Positions 9,881 through 18,783 of a DNA stretch of 64,000 nucleotides are shown here, in pieces (the stretch's first letter is position 1; each line of letters starts with the position of its first letter). The DNA is from a virus. Both the position numbers and the translations under genes were made by a program. The notes under the pieces were generated by a model. The model saw only the letters and a program-made list of their open reading frames with translations, had not been told where the DNA came from and did not search any database. The stretch is taken from positions 32,001 through 96,000 of IMG/VR virus record IMGVR_UViG_3300023202_000142. One strand, 5' to 3'.

Positions 9881-10264
9881 ATGGGCGAGTTCACCGTTAA
9901 GAAGTTCGCTGAGGCCCTTCTGGGCAAAGAGGAAGGCCAGAAGGTCATCCAAGAGGCCCGTGACAACCATCAGCGCCTCCTTCACTGTGCCGTACCCCAC
10001 GACTTCGAGCTGGTAGACACCCGTCCATCGAAGGCCAGGTGCAAGAAATGCGGTGGGATCATCAGCGGTTCCGCGATGACCTGGTACAACCGGGGCCTAC
10101 GACACGCCGGGATCCAGAAGAATCCATACCACTGCGAGGACTGCGGTAAGCTCATCGATGCCGACAACCCCGAGGAAGCCGCCTGGAGCGGGCCTGACGG
10201 TGCTACCGTAGTATGTCTGGAGTGCGAACCGGACTGGCGAAAACCGTCCGACGATCCCCCTTGA
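9881..10264 (+). CDS. Cys-rich hypothetical protein
   Basis: CKKC, CEDC, CLEC. Confidence 0.65.
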   Translation: MGEFTVKKFAEALLGKEEGQKVIQEARDNHQRLLHCAVPHDFELVDTRPSKARCKKCGGIISGSAMTWYNRGLRHAGIQKNPYHCEDCGKLIDADNPEEAAWSGPDGATVVCLECEPDWRKPSDDPP

Positions 10265-10289
10265 CATGTGAACAGCGTGCACATAGCGT
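10261..10289 (+). promoter_or_regulatory. sigma70-type promoter TTGACA-N17-TAGCGT; operator TGTGAACAGCGTGCACA fills the spacer (10267-10283)
   Basis: direct motif reading. Confidence 0.8.
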
Positions 10290-10313
10290 GGAAAATCTGA
10301 ACAGGGAGAGATC

Positions 10314-11240
10314 ATGAAACACCTGATCAAGGCTGTGAGCTACCGGGTGCGCAACGATGCTGACATCGTTTGGCAGTCCGACATCAAGAACGATGAGGTT
10401 CTGGTGCGCTTCGACGCTCCCAGGGATGCCGAGTTCGCCCAGGAGGTCATAACCACTGCCCTGAGCAACTTCGGCAACATGCCGATCATGATGTCTCCCA
10501 AGGACCTCAGTCGGCTTGAAGACACGATTCGGGGACTGATGAGCACGCCGCTGCGCGGCATTCACTTCAAGCTGTACGAAGACGGTACGGTTCGCGCTGA
10601 CTCCTGGGTGTTCGCTCAGGGCAGGGTGCCCCCGGAGATGCTTCACCGGGAACGAAACATCATCGAATCGATCGCCAACACCATTGGGGCCGAGGTGCCC
10701 AAGGACAACTACGAGGAGAAGGTCATGGAACCAGAAGACGAAAACACCCCCACGCGCCTACAGAAGGCGCGCAGCGCCGCAAAAGAGACCGGCGGCGACG
10801 CCAAGGATGCCATCATGGAGGGCCTTGAAGAGGCGGCTGTGATGGCGGGCTCCGAGGGCTTCGTGAATATCGTGAAGGAAGCGTTCAGCGACAGTTCGAT
10901 CTTCAGGGCCTTCCTCGAAACCGAGAAGGGTGAGCAGACCGCGTTGCTGATGAGCGGCCTGGTCATGCACTGGGCAGCCACGGCCGGCCTGGTGCCGGAG
11001 TCCGGGGCGAACCAGGTCAAGCGTGTCACGAAGGTCATGATGCGCAACTCGACGCGCACCTTTGCGCTGCCTCAATTCCGGTGGGCCAAGGACATGGCGT
11101 TCAAGATGGTGAAACACGCCATCAGCCTGAAGGTTCCGTCGACCCCCGAAGAGATGATGTCGTTGGCTTACGAAGAGCCCGCCGATGCCTCGGAGTTCGA
11201 GGTCGAGGAACGCGAGACCGAAAAGGTCCCCGCCAAGTAG
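10314..11240 (+). CDS. hypothetical protein
   Basis: 308 aa, SD GGGAG, own promoter. Confidence 0.75.
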   Translation: MKHLIKAVSYRVRNDADIVWQSDIKNDEVLVRFDAPRDAEFAQEVITTALSNFGNMPIMMSPKDLSRLEDTIRGLMSTPLRGIHFKLYEDGTVRADSWVFAQGRVPPEMLHRERNIIESIANTIGAEVPKDNYEEKVMEPEDENTPTRLQKARSAAKETGGDAKDAIMEGLEEAAVMAGSEGFVNIVKEAFSDSSIFRAFLETEKGEQTALLMSGLVMHWAATAGLVPESGANQVKRVTKVMMRNSTRTFALPQFRWAKDMAFKMVKHAISLKVPSTPEEMMSLAYEEPADASEFEVEERETEKVPAK

Positions 11241-11246
11241 GGCACC

Positions 11247-11585
11247 ATGAAGGTTCGCAACAAACAGTGCAAAGCGTGTCCCTGGAGGGTCTCAACGGAT
11301 CCCGATCGAGACATCCCGGGCGGTTATGACCGAGAACTTCATCGCGGTCTCAGCGAGACAATCGCGGAGCCCGCGACCCTCAACACCTCGTCAGGCGGGA
11401 TGATGGCATGTCACGAGTCGAACCCCGATGGCGGTGAGTACCCCTGTGTTGGATGGCTCTGGCACCAACTCGGGCGAGGCAATAACCTGCCCCTTAGACT
11501 TCTGGCACTGCAGGGCCACTTCGACGACATCGAGGTCGACGGTCCCCAGCACACCTGTTTCGAGGACACGCTACCCGATGACTGA
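11247..11585 (+). CDS. Cys/His-rich hypothetical protein (DUF6283-like)
   Basis: CKACPWR...MACHES...PCVGWL...GNNLPLRL. Confidence 0.6.
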   Translation: MKVRNKQCKACPWRVSTDPDRDIPGGYDRELHRGLSETIAEPATLNTSSGGMMACHESNPDGGEYPCVGWLWHQLGRGNNLPLRLLALQGHFDDIEVDGPQHTCFEDTLPDD

Positions 11586-11925
11586 CTCCGTATTCAGTAG
11601 CAGAACACCGTTCAACATCGGCGGACAGCATTATGCGCTCGACGAGATGGAGAACGCTCCCCTGGCATCCGTCGGAGCAACCCGGCAGGGCGAGATCCCC
11701 GAAGAACTCACCGTCCCCGACTACATCTCAGAAGATGTCGCCGAGGAGTGGTTGAGGGGCTACGTTGCCGCTGCTGCAAGCGATGGCCGCTGCCCCCGAT
11801 GCCTGAGCTGGAACGTTAAAGAGAGCCGCTTCAGAATGCTCAGGGGCGCCGAGGAATGGAAACGAAACTGTCAGGACTGCAGCCTCCTCTCAACCTTCAC
11901 CAAAAGAACCAAGGGCAGGCGATGA
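11578..11925 (+). CDS. hypothetical protein with C-terminal Zn ribbon
   Basis: CPRC..CQDC. Confidence 0.6.
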   Translation: MTDSVFSSRTPFNIGGQHYALDEMENAPLASVGATRQGEIPEELTVPDYISEDVAEEWLRGYVAAAASDGRCPRCLSWNVKESRFRMLRGAEEWKRNCQDCSLLSTFTKRTKGRR

Positions 11926-12185
11926 ACTATCTTGATCTGGTGCCAGAGTCGTTGCGCGGTAAGACGTGGAGCGCTGCAGGCATGACACTTACTGACACCC
12001 ACCTCGCCAAAGTGGTCGAGAATCTTCATGTCGGAGATCCGCCTTACCGTGGCGTCGATATGCAGCGCAGCGGCCGCCGCTTCGATCGAGCTGCCCAACT
12101 GCTGAGGAAGGCCGGCGTCATCGAGTATGACCGCCACAAGACTCGCTGGGTCCTCAGTGAAGCCACGCTGGAGCGGATCGAGTAA
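11922..12185 (+). CDS. small winged-helix-like hypothetical protein
   Basis: DRAAQLLRKAGVIEYDR..W pattern. Confidence 0.55.
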   Translation: MNYLDLVPESLRGKTWSAAGMTLTDTHLAKVVENLHVGDPPYRGVDMQRSGRRFDRAAQLLRKAGVIEYDRHKTRWVLSEATLERIE

Positions 12186-12406
12186 TGAGGAAGGGTGAGG
12201 TCTACAGGTGGGCCCAGAAGAACGACCTGGATTGGTCCAGCGAGTTCTGTGACGGCCTTCAACGCGCTCTGGCCCACACCGGCGAATTGCGATCTGTACA
12301 GCTAACCATTCTGCGGTCGGCCTTCCAGGTGTTCGGTGGCGACACCTTCAGGGACGCCCAGAAGAAAATGCTGCAGCTCCGCAAGTTACGAGAAGAGCCG
12401 GAGTGA
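12185..12406 (+). CDS. hypothetical protein
   Basis: TAATG coupling. Confidence 0.6.
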   Translation: MRKGEVYRWAQKNDLDWSSEFCDGLQRALAHTGELRSVQLTILRSAFQVFGGDTFRDAQKKMLQLRKLREEPE

Positions 12407-12520
12407 ACTGCCATCGCACCCGGGTGCAGAATCTGTCGCGCCGGACCAGCTCTGCACTTGGTTCGACGTCTGACATCATGCATGATGGGGCGGCCTACAG
12501 TGACCCCGTGAGGAGTAGAG

Positions 12521-12916
12521 ATGTCAGACGTGACCACAATGATCGAGAGCTTCCTCGGAGACGGCGGCCTCGCCCTGAACGAGGCGGCAAAGGCCAGCCC
12601 GGTGAGGACTAAGGTCAAAATGGCAAAAGACCTGGAGACTCGCCTCCTGAAGCCCCTCAAGAAAGAACTGAACTGCCTTGGGTGGACGGTGCCTGGAGCC
12701 GAAATCGGATTCATCAACAAGGGCGGGTTCACGCTCGACCTCAAGGTCAGCTACCCTTTTCATCCCGAGTTCCCGAAGGACCCCAAAAAGGTCGCCGGAG
12801 AACTGGAAGCGGCTGTCAAGAAGGCGCTTTCTACGCGGGGCCAGATGAAGATGGATGTGCTCAGCCGGTATGAGAAGGATCGCACCGCAAGTATCGACAT
12901 CGCGTTCTGGAAGTGA
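12521..12916 (+). CDS. hypothetical protein with N-terminal tag variant (MSDVTTMIESFLG...LNEA)
   Basis: SD AGGAG; tag-like N-terminus. Confidence 0.7.
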   Translation: MSDVTTMIESFLGDGGLALNEAAKASPVRTKVKMAKDLETRLLKPLKKELNCLGWTVPGAEIGFINKGGFTLDLKVSYPFHPEFPKDPKKVAGELEAAVKKALSTRGQMKMDVLSRYEKDRTASIDIAFWK

Positions 12917-12919
12917 TCC

Positions 12920-13162
12920 ATGAACTTGATCGACCGAATCGATGCCCTCCTGGAGATGCGGCCACGCAAGGTACGCAAACGCCTGCGTAAGGCCGGCTGC
13001 AAGGAGCTGCGCCAGAAGGGCTCCCATCTCAGGGTGAGCTGCCCGCCGGACGACCGGAAATCCACGATCCCTGTCCACAAGGGCAAGGACATCAAGAAGG
13101 GCACCCTGAAATCGATCGAGAAGGACCTCGACATCGACATCGATGGTGACGGCAGACCCTGA
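12920..13162 (+). CDS. hicA: HicA-family mRNA interferase domain with N-terminal tag MNLIDRIDALLE
   Basis: LRKAGCKELRQKGSHLRV...TIPVHKGKDIKKGTLKSI matches the HicA/YcfA signature. Confidence 0.85.
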   Translation: MNLIDRIDALLEMRPRKVRKRLRKAGCKELRQKGSHLRVSCPPDDRKSTIPVHKGKDIKKGTLKSIEKDLDIDIDGDGRP

Positions 13163-13175
13163 CGCACCTCCCGGG

Positions 13176-13211
13176 TAGACGACCCGCCTTGTCGTGTGTA
13201 GTCTGTGCACA
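13176..13211 (+). promoter_or_regulatory. promoter TAGACG-N17-TAGTCT; operator 13195-13211; leaderless ATG 13211
   Basis: operator TGTGTAGTCTGTGCACA ends on the A of ATG. Confidence 0.75.
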
Positions 13212-13990
13212 TGGCACGACCTGACATCGAAACCGTTCGAACAGTCTGTTCAGACCCTGGCTGTGAAGCCGAGTACACCGACGTCGTTCAGTACGTCTCA
13301 CCCCTGAACCATCTATGGGAGTGCTCGAAATGCCGACGCATCGGGCACACCGTCGACACCTCTGGGATCGAGATCGTCAGTGGCCCTGATGCGGTCTGGA
13401 AGCGACCGCTGTTATACCTGGACCGGCCTGAAGCCCTCCTCGCATCCGTGAGACACTTCAACAGAGCCAATGAGCCCCGCAAGGCGGACATCCTCGCGGA
13501 CCTGCTTCCCGACACCTGGCTGATCGAAAGCAACCACGCCAAACCACCCGAGGAAAGGTATCGGTGTGATTTTCCCAGACACGTCAAGGACGCCCTGGTA
13601 ATGCCGGTGCGGACAAAGTCCGGCGACACCTGGTCACTAGTCGTCTGGAGACCCAATGATGTTCTCCGTGGCGCCTATCTCGTCGACAAGGCTCCGACAC
13701 CTGAGCGCAACGAGGTCGTCGAGGCAGTTCCGCCACTGAAGAAACCATGGACGCTCACGTTCAAGCGTCCGTCGAGGAGCCCGTCACCCTACATTGAAGA
13801 ATGGCTCAACAAATACCCTAACCAGCGCGGCTGGGGCGATCATCTGGCACTAGAAAAGCACCGTGAGGCCGTCAAAGACATTCTGGAGTCCGGCGTTGAG
13901 CCCGACGGGGTTACCGGGGTCTTGCTCAGAAAATACGGAGGTGCACCGAGCCCCACAGCGATTGAGGCGTTTATCAGGGAGCTGACGTGA
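13211..13990 (+). CDS. hypothetical protein with N-terminal Cys motifs
   Basis: CSDPGC..CSKC. Confidence 0.7.
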   Translation: MARPDIETVRTVCSDPGCEAEYTDVVQYVSPLNHLWECSKCRRIGHTVDTSGIEIVSGPDAVWKRPLLYLDRPEALLASVRHFNRANEPRKADILADLLPDTWLIESNHAKPPEERYRCDFPRHVKDALVMPVRTKSGDTWSLVVWRPNDVLRGAYLVDKAPTPERNEVVEAVPPLKKPWTLTFKRPSRSPSPYIEEWLNKYPNQRGWGDHLALEKHREAVKDILESGVEPDGVTGVLLRKYGGAPSPTAIEAFIRELT

Positions 13991-14250
13991 GGGACGAGAG
14001 CAAGTTCAGAAGCCCATTTGGGCCGATTAAGTTGCCTGACCAGGCAATGAAGCCTTGGGGAACGGTCTTCTATCCCGACGGCTCGAAACGGCGCGTCTGG
14101 ATGATTTACGCTGCCTCCGGGGTGCCACTGGGATTCGCCTACCAGGTCTTTTGCAATCTGATCCCCCACGAACTCACCGAGATCAAGCCAATGGAGCAAC
14201 CCGTTGGTACTGTGTTTTTCGAGAACTACACGAGGAACCATGATCTCTGA
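13987..14250 (+). CDS. hypothetical protein
   Basis: GTGA overlap. Confidence 0.6.
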   Translation: MRDESKFRSPFGPIKLPDQAMKPWGTVFYPDGSKRRVWMIYAASGVPLGFAYQVFCNLIPHELTEIKPMEQPVGTVFFENYTRNHDL

Positions 14251-14401
14251 CTGGTGGCATACCCTCACTGAACCCCCGGTCCTGTACGATATCGGGACAT
14301 TGAGTCACCCCCTGCTGGTATGGGCATGGACGTCTCAGGAGAAGATGCGCTGGGCGCTATTCATCGAAAAACGCTACCCCTCGAAACGGAGGTTTGATTG
14401 A
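14240..14401 (+). CDS. small hypothetical protein
   Basis: ATG behind GAGGA. Confidence 0.5.
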   Translation: MISDWWHTLTEPPVLYDIGTLSHPLLVWAWTSQEKMRWALFIEKRYPSKRRFD

Positions 14402-14829
14402 AGCTCGTGATCGCAGGGTCCAGAGGTATCGTTTCACACGACCACTGGTCGAAGCTGATACAGCTCATCGAAGAACTCGCCGAACTGGCCGACTCCTACC
14501 CTACCGAGGTCTTGCACGGCGGCAACATGCAAAGCCCGGATCGATTCGGGAACGAGTTGGCCGCGTCGTATGACTGCCTGGAAGTCGTCATCGCACCGGA
14601 CTACGATGCCGCGCGACGTAAGGGCATCCCCACCAAAGCAGCACCACAGATTCGCAACAACCAGCTCGCCGACCGCGGCGACGCCCTGGTTGGTCTCTGG
14701 GATGGCCAGTCACCGGGCACCGAGTCGATGATGAAGCGGTTTAAGAAAGCGAGGAAGCCGTACCGGGTCTGGCGCGTCGACAACCACGAGATTCTCCGGT
14801 TCACTGATGCCCAGGTGAGTTTGTTTTGA
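14398..14829 (+). CDS. SLOG superfamily (YspA/DUF2493-like) protein
   Basis: KLVIAGSR...VLHGG...RN...DALVGLWDGQSPGT. Confidence 0.8.
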   Translation: MKLVIAGSRGIVSHDHWSKLIQLIEELAELADSYPTEVLHGGNMQSPDRFGNELAASYDCLEVVIAPDYDAARRKGIPTKAAPQIRNNQLADRGDALVGLWDGQSPGTESMMKRFKKARKPYRVWRVDNHEILRFTDAQVSLF

Positions 14830-15027
14830 GCGATGACGGAGACATTCTGGTCCACGGCCTCGGCTTGACGCGCGACGAACTACGCGCCGGGATGCTCCGA
14901 CTGAAGATGTCGGGATGGCCGATTCATGACATCAGGGCCAGGATGGCATGCGACGGCAACCTCAGCCCTTGTCTCGGCTCAAGGGTCGCGGCAGAATGGG
15001 CCAACTGCAACGGAAAAGCGGATGATC

Positions 15028-15410
15028 ATGAAGAGCAACGAGTTGACCGAGCGAATCGATCAGTTCCTGAGTGAAGCCGGGATGCCCGTCTACTCGGACA
15101 CCCTCTGTCCGCAGAGGAGTTCGCTGAGAGGCTTTACGCGATCGAGGACTGGCTCACCAGCGCGGCGAGCGATGTGAAGGCGATCCGAAAGACGATTGAA
15201 GGGAGCCGACGGTCCGCGAAGCGAAATATCAAGCCGAATGATCCTCCGTTCAAGAAGTTCTGGGCAGGCGTCCCCGTCAAGAAAGTGTTCCAGCGGTTTG
15301 CGTTGATCGGGGCCAAAAACACCCGCGGTGACCTCAAGAAGGCCCGCGAGGCATACGATGAGCTGCTTAAGGACTTCCAGGCCACCATGAAGCACTTCAA
15401 CATCCGATGA
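15028..15410 (+). pseudogene. tagged protein (MKSNELTERIDQFLSEA...) split by a -1 frameshift near 15078-15081
   Basis: the -1 frame reads DARLLGHPLSAEEFAERLY... open to 15410 and has an upstream TGA; first frame degenerates after GCC GGG. Confidence 0.55.
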
Positions 15411-15949
15411 GCCTCATCGAAACCATAGATGTCCTCCTGGAGCGCGACGATTACTTCGACGACCCCAGTTTCGTCTGGGCCACCTTGCTCGACAACGCGT
15501 TCGACACCCCAATGCGATCGATCCGGCAATCGGTAAAGCACCACCCCTTCGCACACCGTCACGCCTTCGCCATGATGGTGCGCAGCGACGAGCACTGGGA
15601 GCGCTTCAACTACGAAGAGGATCTCATCCTTGGCGCCCTGCTTCATCTGGCAAAGAAGCACAGACCGCTCAAGAAGTCCGTCAAGGCCATCAAGAAAGAC
15701 CTGCGACTGGGGAGCAAGAGAGCTTCGAAAAGCGATGTCGAGGAGCGCACCGGCATGTCGCCCCGTGAATGGGAGCGTGAGTACGAAAAATACATCGATA
15801 AGTGGATGGACCGCGAAGACGACGGCGTGCTCCGCGAGCTATCTATCTCCCCTGACAACATTGATTCGATCGGTGACCTGGAGCCCGACCAGGCGCGCAA
15901 GGCCAGAAAGTGGATCACCGACTACCAGAAGAAACAGGGCTGGAGATGA
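15407..15949 (+). CDS. tagged hypothetical protein (MSLIETIDVLLE)
   Basis: N-terminal tag; ATGA overlap. Confidence 0.75.
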   Translation: MSLIETIDVLLERDDYFDDPSFVWATLLDNAFDTPMRSIRQSVKHHPFAHRHAFAMMVRSDEHWERFNYEEDLILGALLHLAKKHRPLKKSVKAIKKDLRLGSKRASKSDVEERTGMSPREWEREYEKYIDKWMDREDDGVLRELSISPDNIDSIGDLEPDQARKARKWITDYQKKQGWR

Positions 15950-16317
15950 ACGTTGTAGGCGAGGCTGAACGCCTTCTCAGCGAAGCAGAAGACGATCTGC
16001 CGAGTCTTGAAGACTGGATCAACCGTGACCCCTTCTCGCGGGGAAAGAAGCGCCTGCAGCGCGAGAGAAAGGCCCTGAAAAAGAAGTGGGAGCGTGAGGT
16101 ATCCCGTGATCGCGCGCGCCTTCGAGGCGCAAGAAACGTCGTCGACAAGATCGCCGGCGATATGGGGCCGGAATGGAAGGACGAGGGCTACACTGACGCC
16201 GAGGTCGAATCGACAGCGTTCGGCACTGCGCACGACATGAGACCCGACCTTCGCTGGTGGTTGATCTGGAACCAGCACCGTGAAATCCCGCTGAAGTCGA
16301 TCCCGCTTCGCTGGTGA
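15946..16317 (+). CDS. tagged hypothetical protein (MNVVGEAERLLSEA)
   Basis: ATG 15946 behind GGAG. Confidence 0.7.
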   Translation: MNVVGEAERLLSEAEDDLPSLEDWINRDPFSRGKKRLQRERKALKKKWEREVSRDRARLRGARNVVDKIAGDMGPEWKDEGYTDAEVESTAFGTAHDMRPDLRWWLIWNQHREIPLKSIPLRW

Positions 16318-16902
16318 CTACAGCGGTCGCATCCCCATCGACACCCTGAACTGCGAGATGAACTGCTTCACTGTGGGGATTTTCGCTCCGGTCTGATTGC
16401 GCAGCACCATCGCCGCCTTCATGAGGTCGTCAGCCTTGATGTGCTTCCTGGCCTTCTTGACGACCGTCTGCGGCCACAGTCGATTGGACTGGTCACTGGG
16501 GTGCCACGGGACGCCGCTGACGGTCTCCCACAGCAGGCTGGAGTTCTGGACGATGTTGCGGCCGGTCAGCAGGCGCTTGGCCTTCGATACCTGGACAACC
16601 TTCGCTGACGACAGCTTGATCGAGTCAGCGTGCCAGATCACTTCCTCGGGGTAGACGACCTGGGGATCCTGCTTCGTGGTGAAGATGACCGCGAAATTCC
16701 GGCTCGTCGCACGGCCGAGCTTGGTGGTTGCTACGCCGCCTACGAACTTGCCGCCCTCAGCCACCGCGTAGACCCCGTTCACGATGCTCGATTTATCTAG
16801 TCGTCGGGAGGACGCGATGGCCTCAGCTCCGACCTGGTCGGAAAAGTGGACGTAACGGACCTGGCGCGCTTCAAGCAAGATGTCAACGGCCTCAACGAGC
16901 AT
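16318..16902 (-). CDS. tagged putative ADP-ribosyltransferase-fold protein (MLVEAVDILLEA)
   Basis: YVHFS..GAEAI.SS..L...GVYA...EEV resembles H-Y-[DE] ART toxins; start could be TTG 16923. Confidence 0.55.
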   Translation of the reverse strand: MLVEAVDILLEARQVRYVHFSDQVGAEAIASSRRLDKSSIVNGVYAVAEGGKFVGGVATTKLGRATSRNFAVIFTTKQDPQVVYPEEVIWHADSIKLSSAKVVQVSKAKRLLTGRNIVQNSSLLWETVSGVPWHPSDQSNRLWPQTVVKKARKHIKADDLMKAAMVLRNQTGAKIPTVKQFISQFRVSMGMRPL

Positions 16903-16980
16903 GTCGGCGATTCTCTCCGACAAGCCCCGGAGACGCAACAGGTTGCTGTCTGCTGTCCCGTTGGGTACGTTCGGGGGACA

Positions 16981-17013
16981 GAGAAGACCATGCAAGGGAG
17001 AAGACCATGCAAG
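16981..17013. repeat. 17-bp tandem duplication GAGAAGACCATGCAAG(G) x2
   Basis: exact copies at 16981-16996 and 16998-17013, each with an ATG. Confidence 0.9.
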
Positions 17014-17633
17014 TACGCGACAAGACGTCCGTAACGATCGACATCAGCGTCGAAGCTGGTGCTGGAGAAGACCTCGAAGTGGACATCCTGGAGGACAAGA
17101 ACCAGGAGCCGAGGATCGAAGCAGGCAAAGTTGTCGAGACTGGACTGCCTCCGCTCGATACCCTGGGGCGGGTAGCCAAGGTGCTCCGAAATGAGGAGGC
17201 CATGGCATTTCAGCGAGTCAGGCCGGGCACTTCCACCACCTTCGAGGTCGAGCCAGGTGACTCGATCCTGTTGACCCGCAACGGGAACAAACGAGTGCAC
17301 GTGCACCAGCTTGGGGAACATCAGTTCCTCGTTACGCGCGATGAACTCAAGCGTGTCATCGGCATGGTTGCCGAACTGAAGCCCGACGCCCTACAGCTAC
17401 TCCTGAAGCTCATCGAGCCCGCGGAGTTCTCGATGGAGCTACTGCGCTTCGCCATCGAGCAGGCGCGCGAAGGTGTCGAGCCCGACGAGCCCGACGAAGA
17501 ACGCTATGCTCGTTTCGCGCGCGAAGCGTTGCAGCGATCAGGTGGAGAGAACAACATTCTCCACAGCATGGCCAAGAGCATCGATGAAGCATCGAAACGC
17601 GATCCGCTGGAGCCGCCTAGCTTCGACGAGTAG
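17007..17633 (+). CDS. hypothetical protein
   Basis: start at second duplicated ATG. Confidence 0.7.
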   Translation: MQVRDKTSVTIDISVEAGAGEDLEVDILEDKNQEPRIEAGKVVETGLPPLDTLGRVAKVLRNEEAMAFQRVRPGTSTTFEVEPGDSILLTRNGNKRVHVHQLGEHQFLVTRDELKRVIGMVAELKPDALQLLLKLIEPAEFSMELLRFAIEQAREGVEPDEPDEERYARFAREALQRSGGENNILHSMAKSIDEASKRDPLEPPSFDE

Positions 17634-17671
17634 GGGTCGATTCGATCGGCCGCTGGGGGTAGGATGCCAGC

Positions 17672-18394
17672 ATGAATATTATCGAACACATCGACGCGCT
17701 GCTTGAAGCCAAAGTTCGCTGGAAGTGGCCGACCAAGAAGCAGCTCGTTGATGAGTTCGAGACCGAGCCCTGGATCCGATCGCTGTTCGGCGGTGACATT
17801 TCCTGGGTTCGAGACGGGACCTACGACGACAGTTCCGCGAAGAGGTTTTTCCTCGATCACCTCAAAAAGGTCTCAAAGACCAAGGTGTTCAAGAAACCAC
17901 CGCGCGGGATCGAGTTCCACAAGGCCGACTCGATCGACAAGCTGGCGCAGAAAACCGAGTACATGGGCAAGGACGTCCAGTCATTAGCTGATGCGATGAA
18001 ACGCGGCGGCAGTCTCCCCATGCCGATCCTCGTCAAGTCCGGTGGCACCTACAAAATGCTCGGTGGTCGCACCAGGTTCGGTGTCGCATCGATTTTAGGA
18101 ACCCCCGTGAAAGCAATTGTCGTTGACCTCAAGAGGCTCGCCGGTGCCCTTCAGGAATGGGCTCGCGATGAGTTCATTCACAACCCGAAAGGGATCATAG
18201 CGAAGGCGCCTGTGACTGCCGAGGAGCGCGAGGAGTGGTACGACTGGGTCTGGGGCGGCCAACGCGGCCCGATGCCCCTGGAGGGGCTAGAGAAGCGCTG
18301 GGACCTCAGTTTCTCCAAGGTCTGGGCGAGCCTGTTCGCACGCCAGTTCGACAAGATGGATCTCAAAGAGACGTTCAAAAGCAAGAGGGGCTGA
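17672..18394 (+). CDS. tagged ParB/Srx-like domain protein (MNIIEHIDALLEA)
   Basis: LPMPILVK..GTYKMLGGRTRFGVASILGTPVKAIVV. Confidence 0.7.
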   Translation: MNIIEHIDALLEAKVRWKWPTKKQLVDEFETEPWIRSLFGGDISWVRDGTYDDSSAKRFFLDHLKKVSKTKVFKKPPRGIEFHKADSIDKLAQKTEYMGKDVQSLADAMKRGGSLPMPILVKSGGTYKMLGGRTRFGVASILGTPVKAIVVDLKRLAGALQEWARDEFIHNPKGIIAKAPVTAEEREEWYDWVWGGQRGPMPLEGLEKRWDLSFSKVWASLFARQFDKMDLKETFKSKRG

Positions 18395-18783
18395 TGCTGG
18401 TTGAAGACGTAGATCGTCTGCTGGAGGCAAGGGAATACGCTTACGGGGCCCAGAACAGACCTGTCGCAACAGCTCAGGTGCCTGATGGCTGGATCGACAC
18501 CCGCAAGGATCGCCGCTTCAGGCATGGTGTGGTTGTCTACAAGAAGCCGCTGAGCGATCGCGAGGTCAGAAACTTCCAGCTCACCCCGTTGATTCCGCGC
18601 CGCGACCTTGCAAAACAGATCGCCCAAGAGATCGACTACCCCGAAGCCTACGTCGAGATCTACGATGACGATCCCCGGGAATTCGCGTCGATGCTACAGA
18701 TGCTCGACCTGCCAGATGCCAGAGCGATCGAAGGGGACAATGACCGGAAATTGCATGCCATGATCATCAAAGAGCTGAAATGA
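18394..18783 (+). CDS. tagged protein with DarA C-terminal-like domain (MLVEDVDRLLEA)
   Basis: YG.QNRP....VPDG...HGVVVYKKPLSDREVRNFQLTP. Confidence 0.55.
   Translation: MLVEDVDRLLEAREYAYGAQNRPVATAQVPDGWIDTRKDRRFRHGVVVYKKPLSDREVRNFQLTPLIPRRDLAKQIAQEIDYPEAYVEIYDDDPREFASMLQMLDLPDARAIEGDNDRKLHAMIIKELK

Noticed and set aside
10267-10283. Operator as a CRP/FNR site
   Set aside because: CRP is TGTGA-N6-TCACA (16 bp); these sites are 17 bp with an invariant GTGCAC half-site. A host CRP-family variant is not fully excluded.
17295-17306. GTGCACGTGCAC and the half-site near 46387
   Set aside because: Inside CDSs, wrong spacing, no promoter context.
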